DNA of 64,000 bases, from assembly GCA_026995045.1 (NCBI GenBank), contig JALWPK010000042.1:12733-76732 (forward strand). The letters run 5' to 3'. This DNA is from Gammaproteobacteria bacterium (lineage in GTDB: Bacteria; Pseudomonadota; Gammaproteobacteria; SZUA-229). Positions within the stretch are counted from its first letter, which is position 1; the number at the start of each line of letters is the position of its first letter. Positions 36,758 to 44,920 of this stretch are shown one piece after another. A program made the position numbers and the translations under genes. The notes under the pieces were generated by a model. It worked only from the letters and a program-made list of their open reading frames with translations. It did not search any database and was not told the origin of the DNA.

Positions 36758-37446
36758 TGGTTGTCTCCGATGATGGCTACGTTGAACAGATTAGCGGATT
36801 TCGCCGGGTCTTCGGCGCGTGTTATCGGCCTTCCCACAACAATATACGTAGCTCCGGCGCTTGCGGCTGATGCGGGAGTGGCGATGCGTTTTTGATCACC
36901 CGGCGCGTCTCCGGGGAAACGTATGCCGGGCGTCACCATAGCGAAATCGCCAGACACATGCGGTTTAATGAGGGGCAACTCATTCGCTGACAACACAGCG
37001 CCATCAAAGCCCAAAGTGTCGGCTAAAGTGGTGCGCAGCCGAGCTAGTTTGGAAACGCTCACGGCCATGCCATGCTCCAATAACAGCTCACTTGCGCCTA
37101 CATGCGTTAGCACGGACACTGCTAGCAACTTGAGGCGGGATTTACCCCGCCCTCGCACGGCGGCTCGCAGTATCTCTGATCCCGCACTGTGCACTGTGAG
37201 AAAGTCAACGCCTAAAAGCGCCGCGCGCGCCACCGCTTTTTCCACAGTGTTAGGGATGTCATGTAGTTTCGCATCCAAGAACACAGATTTACCACGGCGC
37301 TTCAGCTCCTTTATCAGCGCTACGCCGTCGCCAAACATCAGTTCAGGTCCAACCTTATACACACCGACGGCTTCACCTATCTTGTCAACAACGGTAAGCG
37401 CGTCGCGGCAACTGGCAAAGTCTAGTGCAACAATCAACGCTGTCAT
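36754..37446 (-). CDS. pyrF: Orotidine 5'-phosphate decarboxylase
   Basis: 230 aa. LIVALDF at the N-terminus plus the OMP decarboxylase signature VFLDAKLHDIPNTVEKA, and a C-terminal GATYIVVGRPI. Confidence 0.85.
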   Translation of the reverse strand: MTALIVALDFASCRDALTVVDKIGEAVGVYKVGPELMFGDGVALIKELKRRGKSVFLDAKLHDIPNTVEKAVARAALLGVDFLTVHSAGSEILRAAVRGRGKSRLKLLAVSVLTHVGASELLLEHGMAVSVSKLARLRTTLADTLGFDGAVLSANELPLIKPHVSGDFAMVTPGIRFPGDAPGDQKRIATPASAASAGATYIVVGRPITRAEDPAKSANLFNVAIIGDNQ

Positions 37447-37961
37447 CGTGGCCCGCCTTTGCTACACCAATCGCTTTTCTTGCCGCCGTCATATGGTCTA
37501 GCAAAACCAGCAGTCTTCAGCAGCTCGGCCAAGTCGGCGTAGTTCGCAAAAAACTGTTGATATTTGATATCAGCGACAACCCGGCCTGCGTACTTTCCGA
37601 GTTTAGGATTTACAACAATTATTGGATCACCGGGTTTTATCAAATCCCGAACATATTGCTTTGCTTTGACGCCTAGCACCCTTTCTTCGTCACACTTCGC
37701 AAAACGGCGTGAGCTTTCAGGTGTATCGACACCCGCCAATCTCACTGATGTTTTGATCAATACACGCGGCCAAACCTCAACGTTGGCTACAATTGTATCA
37801 CCATCGACAACGCGCACGACCTGTGCCATATATGCGGAGTCAAACACTCTAGGCACGCGCCGTGTAGCCGCGTGTGTCGCCATCACGTATAGTGTCACAG
37901 AAATAAGAGTGACGACTATAGCAAGTACAAACCGTTCAAAACTACGCAAATCTAACTCCAC
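37443..37961 (-). CDS. Staphylococcal-nuclease (SNase/thermonuclease) family nuclease with an N-terminal TM/signal segment
   Basis: 172 aa. VVRVVDGDTIVANVE, VRLAGVDTPES and YAGRVVADI match SNase-fold motifs. The N-terminal segment FVLAIVVTLISVTLYVMA is hydrophobic. Confidence 0.75.
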   Translation of the reverse strand: MELDLRSFERFVLAIVVTLISVTLYVMATHAATRRVPRVFDSAYMAQVVRVVDGDTIVANVEVWPRVLIKTSVRLAGVDTPESSRRFAKCDEERVLGVKAKQYVRDLIKPGDPIIVVNPKLGKYAGRVVADIKYQQFFANYADLAELLKTAGFARPYDGGKKSDWCSKGGPR

Positions 37962-38553
37962 TGTTTTGACTGTCGATAATATCGGAAATTGTTAACGCCT
38001 CTTTACGTAAGTCATCCAAAGAACCGTTGTTGTATACTGTGTGATCTGCGACGATGCCATCCATCTCTGTCTCAGAGGGGTGCTCGTCCGCCGCACCGTC
38101 TAGCTTAGGCACATCTCTAACAACACGGATAATGTATGCCCCGGCATCACTGAGGGCTTCCGCCTCATTGACATAGCGCACATCGCTGACCACTACATAG
38201 TCACATAGTGACTTGTTAATTCGGCGCAATAAGGACTTTACCCATATGTCTTTGCCTAGAACGTCACGGCCGAACTCTGTTCCGAACAACTGCATACAGC
38301 GCCTAAGCGTAACTTTGTCAGAGAATGGTACGAAGTCCATCTCCTTGCGCCATCTGTCCTCCATAAATGCTTCGTATTTGTTAGCCGTGCTCGGCTCGCC
38401 TACAAGTGTGGCCATGAGATGCGCCATCGTAGTCTTGATCGGTGTAGCCAGCTTGAACTTAAAATATCCACGCTCAGTTGACAGTACATCAGCAAAGGCA
38501 TCCTTACCGCTTCCGCGCTTTCCTACAATTGCAATTACCACTTTACCGTTCAC
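37942..38553 (-). CDS. P-loop (deoxy)nucleoside monophosphate kinase-like protein
   Basis: 203 aa. Walker A IAIVGKRGSGKDAFA at the N-terminus; overall like phage dNMP kinases. It sits within a nucleotide-metabolism context. Confidence 0.55.
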   Translation of the reverse strand: MNGKVVIAIVGKRGSGKDAFADVLSTERGYFKFKLATPIKTTMAHLMATLVGEPSTANKYEAFMEDRWRKEMDFVPFSDKVTLRRCMQLFGTEFGRDVLGKDIWVKSLLRRINKSLCDYVVVSDVRYVNEAEALSDAGAYIIRVVRDVPKLDGAADEHPSETEMDGIVADHTVYNNGSLDDLRKEALTISDIIDSQNSGVRFA

Positions 38554-38592
38554 AGAAGTTGCTCCAAATGTATATGATTGCCAAACAGATGA

Positions 38593-40965
38593 TTAATGCG
38601 TTTCCAGCCAACTCATACCTCGCTTAACATCAGCAGCGACAGGGCAACGCATACCCAATTCACTGCCCGCTTCAACAGCAGATTTGCTAAGCACATCTGC
38701 AAGAACATCGGCTATGTCAGGCGCTACGCTACACTGTATCTCATCGTGGATATGTGCCAACATAGTCCAATAGCCCTGCTCAATACCCATTGGACACCCC
38801 AATTCGCGCATATTGTCAAATACTTTTACTGCCCAGAGTTTCGCCACCGCAGCAGCCTGTCCCTGAAGCTTCGTGTTGAGTGCGCCGTACATTGACCTTA
38901 TGCGGATACGTCTGCCATCAAGACCAATGATATAACCTCGCTCAGCCTCAGCACGCACGGCGGCGATTGCTGGCGCTAGTCCGGGTACGCTTCTGAGCAG
39001 CTTAGCGCGAATGTCCGCGCCGATTTGTCGCTTTGATGCGTCCGGCGCAGTTGGTTCTGCCGTGTGGCCTAGTTTCCAATCTCCAGCGCCGTAAAGCAGG
39101 CCAAAAAGACACCGCTTCACAATTGCTTTTGAGCGTACACCGGTGCGCTCAAGATTAACACTGTGCACATCGTTGTTAAGCACGATGTCAATAAGCTCGC
39201 CGTCGTCGAATGTTGAGCATACATCCGCCAAGCACCTGACCTCGATATTCTTCAAATCCGCGCCGAGCATGACATGGCCTTCATGAGGGATAAAACAATC
39301 TCTGCACTCAGCGCCAAACCGCCCACGCTTGCCTAGCACAGCAACGGTTCCATCGGGTAACTGGCGGTACTCATGAGGCTCCAGAGGGCCTTTCTTGGTG
39401 CGCGCAACGCCATTCTCGACGAAGCCTGTTTCGAGACTTGGTACTTGGCCAATGTTGAAATTTGAGTGACTGCACCGCCCTGTGACTGTCCCGCCTGCGT
39501 TAGTTCGGCAATGCGCGATGCCTTTGTCATCAACGTGTTTTATCCAAGCCTGTCTCCCTGTTGATATCTGACCTAGAAGTTTTGCGTGGAACAGATAGTC
39601 CGCGATAGACTTTATCATGTCCATGCCTACAGCGTCGTCGATGTCGATGCTGTCAAGGGTGTCAACAGTGACTTGCGGCGTGCCCTTGTCTGTGAATTCT
39701 GTTGGCTGCCAATCGTACAGTGTTGTCAGCCTGTTGACGATTTGTGGGCGACTTGCAGGATTAAATGTCACACGCTTCAGCTTACAGGACTTAGCACCTT
39801 CCGTCGTATTGAAGAAGTAGACCCTGTTGCCGTCTTTATCAAGCTTGAACAGCTTCTTATAATTTACTGTGCGTTTGCTAACATACACAGCACCCCACCA
39901 ACGTCTAGACCCGTCTTCACCGTGTTCGGGGTTGTGCGCTTCATACTTGTCAACCTGACACTTTGTGTCTGCCGCAATGAAGCCATGTTTTCTGAAGGCG
40001 TTGAGTATGATTTGTTTTTCGGGAATTGTCCTGTCTTGCCAGAACAACAGCGCGCGGCTTTTATATTTCCAAAAACTTCTCTCGCGGATCACCGGTACGC
40101 TGACGCCGGCGCTCGTAGTGGCGCGCAACATTGCGGCATGATCTGCGCCGACTGGTGGTTTGCGCATACCATCCAAGAATATATCGAAGTCAAGCTTGTT
40201 GTCCTCATCAAAGGCAGGCCACGCCTCCTTCTTTTTCGCCGCTGTGTACCATGTTCCGAAATGATTGACCAATTTTTCGTGGAGGCTATTAACGGTTGTT
40301 GACACGGCACTAATCAATGCACGCAATCTGTCAAGATGCACTGGGAACCCGTCACGCTGCATCTGTGCAAAGACTTCATGCACGCGCTGTTCGGCTTGAA
40401 TAGCTACGTCATCCTGAGCAGTATTATGTTCTATGATATGGGAAAACAGCTTTGCAGACACGCGCACATCCTGCTCGCAGTAGTCTGACATGGCTTGGTT
40501 CCAGACGCCCCATGTGTGCTCAATCACGTCAACGCCGAGCTTTTCCGCTTCGGCTGCGCGCTCTTTTGCATAGTCCCCCTTCAACATACCGAAGCGATAG
40601 CCCCATGCTTCGAGGGATTGTGAGCCTGTTAATCTGCGCGGTAAGCCTGAGGCGATGTGTTTGCGGTAATCATCGTCGGAAACAGTGCTGAACAACACCT
40701 GACAATAAACCAACGTGTCGTATACAGTGCCGCTGAACTTGAAATCCTTGAAAACTTTGGCGATTGCCGGTAAGTCAAACGCGATGATGTTGTGACCAAC
40801 AAGTGCATCAGCGTTTGACAACAGCTCTACAGCCTTTGGTACATCTTCCTTGTCAAACCGCACAACTTCATCACTGCCTACACGCATGACGTGTATGCAG
40901 TGGATTTTTGTCATCGATGGCAACAGGCCATCAGTCTCGATGTCGAATATATAGCTGTGGGCCAT
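38593..40965 (-). CDS. polA: DNA polymerase I family A with 3'-5' exonuclease domain (no 5'-3' exonuclease domain)
   Basis: 790 aa. Exo I: YIFDIETDGL. Exo II: GHNIIAFDLPAI. Pol motif A: LGADLKNIEVRCLA. Motif B: RSKAIVKRCLFGLLYGAG. Motif C: AHIHDEIQ. Confidence 0.9.
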   Translation of the reverse strand: MAHSYIFDIETDGLLPSMTKIHCIHVMRVGSDEVVRFDKEDVPKAVELLSNADALVGHNIIAFDLPAIAKVFKDFKFSGTVYDTLVYCQVLFSTVSDDDYRKHIASGLPRRLTGSQSLEAWGYRFGMLKGDYAKERAAEAEKLGVDVIEHTWGVWNQAMSDYCEQDVRVSAKLFSHIIEHNTAQDDVAIQAEQRVHEVFAQMQRDGFPVHLDRLRALISAVSTTVNSLHEKLVNHFGTWYTAAKKKEAWPAFDEDNKLDFDIFLDGMRKPPVGADHAAMLRATTSAGVSVPVIRERSFWKYKSRALLFWQDRTIPEKQIILNAFRKHGFIAADTKCQVDKYEAHNPEHGEDGSRRWWGAVYVSKRTVNYKKLFKLDKDGNRVYFFNTTEGAKSCKLKRVTFNPASRPQIVNRLTTLYDWQPTEFTDKGTPQVTVDTLDSIDIDDAVGMDMIKSIADYLFHAKLLGQISTGRQAWIKHVDDKGIAHCRTNAGGTVTGRCSHSNFNIGQVPSLETGFVENGVARTKKGPLEPHEYRQLPDGTVAVLGKRGRFGAECRDCFIPHEGHVMLGADLKNIEVRCLADVCSTFDDGELIDIVLNNDVHSVNLERTGVRSKAIVKRCLFGLLYGAGDWKLGHTAEPTAPDASKRQIGADIRAKLLRSVPGLAPAIAAVRAEAERGYIIGLDGRRIRIRSMYGALNTKLQGQAAAVAKLWAVKVFDNMRELGCPMGIEQGYWTMLAHIHDEIQCSVAPDIADVLADVLSKSAVEAGSELGMRCPVAADVKRGMSWLETH

Positions 40966-41009
40966 AATTAATTATAAATACTTATAACAAAGTTCACATC
41001 GTCAACGTC

Positions 41010-41222
41010 TTAGTTTACGCAAGCGCAGGGACTTAGACTCTTATGTGCGTTTAAGCTCTCTTCTGAACCTTTGGCGAGCGTGTTTAGATTATACGCTGCG
41101 TTTAAGTCTCTGTCAAGAGAAATTCCACAGCTATTACAGTTGAATTGGCGATGGCTAAGAGTCAGCTTGTCGTCGATGGTGCCACAGTTCGAACAAGTCT
41201 TCGACGACGGGAAAAACCGTGT
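41010..41222 (-). pseudogene. tnpB: tnpB 3'-terminal remnant (70 codons plus stop, no start codon)
   Basis: The minus strand translates as TRFFPSSKTCSNCGTIDDKLTLSHRQFNCNSCGISLDRDLNAAYNLNTLAKGSEESLNAHKSLSPCACVN*. FPSSKxCSxCG ... CxxCG ... DRDxNAAxN is the hallmark TnpB/OrfB Zn-ribbon plus RuvC-III C-terminus. An in-frame TAA lies immediately upstream. Confidence 0.85.
41088..41116 (-). promoter_or_regulatory. Perfect consensus sigma70 promoter TTGACA-N17-TATAAT inside copy D
   Basis: The minus strand reads tctcTTGACAgagacttaaacgcagcgTATAATctaaacacgctcgcc, the same sequence as in copy C. Confidence 0.6.
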
Positions 41223-41250
41223 TTACCTTAGGCGCGGACTCATCATGTTG

Positions 41251-42213
41251 CTATTGATTTGCCATATACTGCGTTTCTTCGTCGCTCATAAGTTGGCCGC
41301 GCTGTGCGATGGATACCGTTCTCTCAGCGGACCATACCGTCAGGCATGTCAGTGTTATCGACACACCGATAGTCTTTATACACGCAATGATGTGCGGCAC
41401 GAGTGCTGCGCGTACATCAGCCGGAGCATCCTGTAGTGAGAATATTTCACCAGTGCATCGGCTGAGCTCGGTCGTTAGCGCCGTGGTGATTGCCGTCAAT
41501 GCTGTTTCGATGTACTTGTGTGCGTCGCCATTTGGGTCAGTGTCGTGGATGTCAGCGATAAGGCTTTTATTCACCGATGCGTTTGTCAGCGCGGGATACA
41601 GTTTACATACAGCCTCAACTACAGTTTGGTCATTTTCGGAGGCGCTACGCAAATCTTGCATCCAGTCCGAAACAGATGAAACCTCGTTGAAGTTTATTGC
41701 CAATTCAGCCAGTACTTCTGACACAGTTGGCATTTCACCATTGCTGTTGTTCTTCGTTTCGGCAAGGTTCATCATAAAACGCTTAAGCCAGTTGTCAGTG
41801 ATCAAGCCGCTATTACATACATCACATATTAGCCGCCTGAATTCATTAACACGCTCATCTGATGGTGTTGACTCGACGTCGCAAGGTTCATGAGACTTCA
41901 GAACCTCCAATACTGACTCTATTTCGTTGCGCGTACTGTGGCGGTCTGCACTTTCTTCTAGCTTACGCTTTATAAACGCACGCCCAGCGGGGGTTAGGCT
42001 GTCGTCACAGAACAAGGCCCCGCTGAGCGCTGTCAGCGACGTCGTTGATGAACCCTTCGCAGCATTATCAAAACCTCTAAACACTCTGGCCGCTGTCGCT
42101 ACCAATGTCAGGATGTGAATATACAGTCGCATCAGCTCCAATAATTTATCGGAGTCAGTGCTGTCGCTGTTGTGATTGCTGCCAAAAGCGTTTTTAAGTA
42201 TGCTCGAAATCAT
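41251..42213 (-). CDS. Hypothetical protein
   Basis: 320-aa ORF with no motifs recognised, between the lysozyme gene and cassette copy D. Confidence 0.6.
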   Translation of the reverse strand: MISSILKNAFGSNHNSDSTDSDKLLELMRLYIHILTLVATAARVFRGFDNAAKGSSTTSLTALSGALFCDDSLTPAGRAFIKRKLEESADRHSTRNEIESVLEVLKSHEPCDVESTPSDERVNEFRRLICDVCNSGLITDNWLKRFMMNLAETKNNSNGEMPTVSEVLAELAINFNEVSSVSDWMQDLRSASENDQTVVEAVCKLYPALTNASVNKSLIADIHDTDPNGDAHKYIETALTAITTALTTELSRCTGEIFSLQDAPADVRAALVPHIIACIKTIGVSITLTCLTVWSAERTVSIAQRGQLMSDEETQYMANQ

Positions 42214-42219
42214 TGGCGA

Positions 42220-42927
42220 TTAGCCTTCTCTGATATCTTGGTATCTGCGGTAAATGATAAACATAGCAGCAACCACAACTCCGATGCCTATACCGGCCAA
42301 GAAGCGTGGGTCAGTTGCTACGTCGAGCACAATACCAGCAGCGCCAGCAAAAGCAAGTAATACTTGCGCTACAGCCGCCCTAAATGTTGTACTATGCTTA
42401 ATGAGTTGCTTAGCGGGTGACTTATTTACAGGTTGCGGATTATCTGATTTTGGCAGTTTTTCCTTCTTTGTCGCCGTGTTTACCTTAGGTGTGGACTCGT
42501 CATCCATGAATAGAGCTGTCTCAGCGCGCCGCCGCCGTACCAAGCCTTTATACACCCTTCCACCGGCGTGCACCCAGCGGATGAACTGTTCAGCAGCACC
42601 TTCATAATCACCACGGTTCAGCTTGCGGCGAAGCGTGGACTTGCGGAAAGCGCCGCAGCCTAGGTTGTATGAGAAGCTGACAAGAGCATCAAACTGTCCC
42701 TGCGTCAGTGGAACAGTGGTGTATTTATTTACACATTTCTCATGCTTGGCAAGCTCAGCGCGCAGCATTTCTTCAGCCTGTTTGCGTGTGATACGCATAC
42801 CGCGCTTTACGCCTTCGGTGCAGCCCCATCCGATTGTCCAAACGCCGACGACATCTTTATACGCCTTAAGGTATAAGCCTTCAAAACTTTTTATTAGGGC
42901 TAGGCCCTTATCACTGATCCGTTGCAT
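42220..42927 (-). CDS. Lysozyme (T4-type/GH24-like) with a C-terminal membrane-spanning region
   Basis: The track ORF extends to 43089. I prefer the ATG at 42927 (MQRISDKGLALIKSFEGLYLKAYKDVVGVWTIGWG...), because the upstream extension runs through a terminator hairpin and the previous gene. The EG..L.AY.D..G..TIG.G motif is typical of phage lysozymes. The C-terminal segment AAVAQVLLAFAGAAGIVLDV...GIGIGVVVAAMFIIY is hydrophobic. Confidence 0.8.
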   Translation of the reverse strand: MQRISDKGLALIKSFEGLYLKAYKDVVGVWTIGWGCTEGVKRGMRITRKQAEEMLRAELAKHEKCVNKYTTVPLTQGQFDALVSFSYNLGCGAFRKSTLRRKLNRGDYEGAAEQFIRWVHAGGRVYKGLVRRRRAETALFMDDESTPKVNTATKKEKLPKSDNPQPVNKSPAKQLIKHSTTFRAAVAQVLLAFAGAAGIVLDVATDPRFLAGIGIGVVVAAMFIIYRRYQDIREG

Positions 42928-42940
42928 GTTCGTTCCAATT

Positions 42941-42980
42941 ACGAAAAGAATAATAAGACACGCCGGGCATTTGCCCGGCG
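42941..42980 (-). terminator. Rho-independent terminator (minus strand)
   Basis: The minus strand reads cgccgggc-aaat-gcccggcg (8-bp GC stem, tetraloop) followed by tgtcttattattcttttcg. It lies 15 nt downstream of the stop of 42995..43735. Confidence 0.6.
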
Positions 42981-42994
42981 CGCTGTGTGTGTGG

Positions 42995-43735
42995 TTAAAC
43001 TGAGTCCTCAGTAACAGGCGTCTGGAACTCAATACCTTCGGCAGACCAGTCCTTAATCGAGAAGACGGGTTTATGTGTATATGATCCAAACGAATTCTTC
43101 ATCCTGACAACTTCAATGTCAATCATCGGGATGTGTGAGCGCCACTTAGAACCCGGAGCAAGTAACTGGCCAATGAGCCCTTTAACAGCGATGTTCCCTG
43201 TGGTGTTTTTCACCGTCAGTACGTGTTCGCTGTCTGCCTCCGTGTTGCGCAGACACATACGATAACCACGATTGAGCTCATATTTGACCTGTGTACCGTC
43301 GGGCTTTGTGCCAGACACTGTAGCCTTGTCACGCTCACTTTCAACACTTACGTCAGTGAGCTCGTTTAGCGTTTCAACCGACTTCACAACCTCATCCCAT
43401 TGAATTGGGCGTGGGTTCATGAATACGGTTCTGTCAACTGCGCAAACGCGCTGGTTGTCCGCATCCCACACGGAGACTTCAGCTTTCATGCTTAGCATGT
43501 TTAGCGCAAGCCCTTGTTTAGGGACAGTGAACTCATCACCGTCTGAGGTGACAAACTCCCCAGTGACACCATTAAGCCGTACAAACGGTGCGCCTGACGA
43601 TGCTGCGTGCTGGCTCTGTACCTCGCCGAGGACGTCATCGGGAATGCTGATCCCTAATGCCCCTGCTAGTTCTGTTGCTGTATCTTCTTTAACCGCTAAA
43701 CTTTTTGCCATATACGTTAACCTTCTATACTTCAC
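42995..43735 (-). CDS. Hypothetical protein (possibly ssDNA-binding/recombination-associated by context only)
   Basis: 246-aa ORF with an ATGA overlap with the upstream gene, next to the Cas4-like exonuclease. No motif recognised. Confidence 0.5.
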   Translation of the reverse strand: MKYRRLTYMAKSLAVKEDTATELAGALGISIPDDVLGEVQSQHAASSGAPFVRLNGVTGEFVTSDGDEFTVPKQGLALNMLSMKAEVSVWDADNQRVCAVDRTVFMNPRPIQWDEVVKSVETLNELTDVSVESERDKATVSGTKPDGTQVKYELNRGYRMCLRNTEADSEHVLTVKNTTGNIAVKGLIGQLLAPGSKWRSHIPMIDIEVVRMKNSFGSYTHKPVFSIKDWSAEGIEFQTPVTEDSV

Positions 43736-44055
43736 CGACGCTTAACAGGTTTCACTTTCACCGACGGCGTCGATTTTGCGTCAGTGGGTGATATCATGTA
43801 GTCATCAAGCGTGTCAACACCTAATTCATCCATGATGCGCTTTTTATCCAGCCGTGCTCTTGGCGTTGGATATGAGTAGCTCACAATGTAGCCATCGACG
43901 ACTATATCATTATCGCCGGTGACTGTCAAATACTCCGCAATAGCTGCTTCGAGTTCCTGTTTGCGTCTCTTGTGGACATCAATCTGATCTACACAATCCA
44001 CTATGTCATGAACATAGGCACTGACGCCATCCCGATCAATCATTTCAATCCACAC
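43732..44055 (-). CDS. Hypothetical protein
   Basis: 107-aa ORF that overlaps both neighbours by a few nt (operon packing). Confidence 0.5.
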   Translation of the reverse strand: MWIEMIDRDGVSAYVHDIVDCVDQIDVHKRRKQELEAAIAEYLTVTGDNDIVVDGYIVSYSYPTPRARLDKKRIMDELGVDTLDDYMISPTDAKSTPSVKVKPVKRR

Positions 44056-44759
44056 CTTTCATCTGCGTTGTATTTACAACTTGCACATTCGTTTTTCATC
44101 ATAGCCGCTGTCGTATCAATGTCCAGACCATCGTGCGCATTCATTACGATGTCAGCATTCACAACTGCTGCTTTATAAACCGCGTCATCATACGGTATCT
44201 TGAATACTGTGAAGTTGAAGTAGTCACTAGCATCCACGTACATAAGTCTGGTGTACGTCTTTATGCCGGTAACACCCATCTGAACATGGGTTTGCAGCAC
44301 ATGGTTGAGTTTCGGCTGCGTCAAAGAGGCGCGCGGGTCAATTGTTTTGATTTCGATGAGCGACTTCGATCCATCGGGTTCGGTGAGGATTCCGTCTGGC
44401 GTTGCTGTGAGGTTTGGCGTGTCTGGGCTCAACAGCGTTTCCTGATCATCACCGACGTGCGATATGGCGTCGCCGAACAAGAACTTCAACAGCGGTGCAA
44501 CATACGCATCCTCCATAACCTTGCCGCGCATCATAAAGCCGCCGTTCTCCATCAACGGCGCTTCGTCGTTTGGATTGGCGTTTTGCTTTGCGATGTCCTG
44601 CTTCGTTATATAGAGTGCTCTTGGACAGTTAAATGCTTCAGATGCTCCGACGCTCTTACTTCTATCGCGGGTGAACTGTGTTGCGTTATCTCGCTGATAC
44701 GTCATGGCGGCTATACGCATCTTTTCAGCGAATTCATGATCAAGTTGTGGTTGTTGCAT
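44040..44759 (-). CDS. PD-(D/E)XK exonuclease, Cas4/RecB-like with a Cys cluster
   Basis: The track ORF starts at 44795; I prefer the ATG at 44759 (MQQPQLDHEF...). It has a D...EIK core (TATPDGIL...SLIEIKT), one N-terminal Cys (FNCPRALY) and C-terminal CASCKYNADERC, consistent with a Cas4-type Fe-S cluster arrangement. Confidence 0.6.
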   Translation of the reverse strand: MQQPQLDHEFAEKMRIAAMTYQRDNATQFTRDRSKSVGASEAFNCPRALYITKQDIAKQNANPNDEAPLMENGGFMMRGKVMEDAYVAPLLKFLFGDAISHVGDDQETLLSPDTPNLTATPDGILTEPDGSKSLIEIKTIDPRASLTQPKLNHVLQTHVQMGVTGIKTYTRLMYVDASDYFNFTVFKIPYDDAVYKAAVVNADIVMNAHDGLDIDTTAAMMKNECASCKYNADERCGLK

Positions 44760-44920
44760 AAAAAATCTCTGCGGGAAAAAGCATAGGTAATGCAATAATT
44801 ATAGTGTTACTGGCGGCGTCTGATTCGATGTGCTTTATTACGCGAAAACTATTATGCACAAAGCGCCTGACATCTTGAAAATTATCGGCGGTGATTTTTA
44901 TATGGACCTGCAAAACGACG

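Larger units (their letters stand above)
40966..41222 (-). repeat. Copy D of the TnpB-3'-end/omega-RNA-like cassette (longest copy)
   Basis: 257 bp on the minus strand, ending at the DNA polymerase ATG (40965). It is nearly identical to copy B over the scaffold part. Confidence 0.9.

Noticed and set aside
40966-41222. A functional tnpB (or miniature RNA-guided nuclease) gene at the cassette loci.
   Set aside because: Only the last 41-70 codons are present. There is no Met, in-frame stops lie immediately upstream, and copy B is frameshifted. The RuvC-I/II and WED/REC parts are entirely absent from the window.
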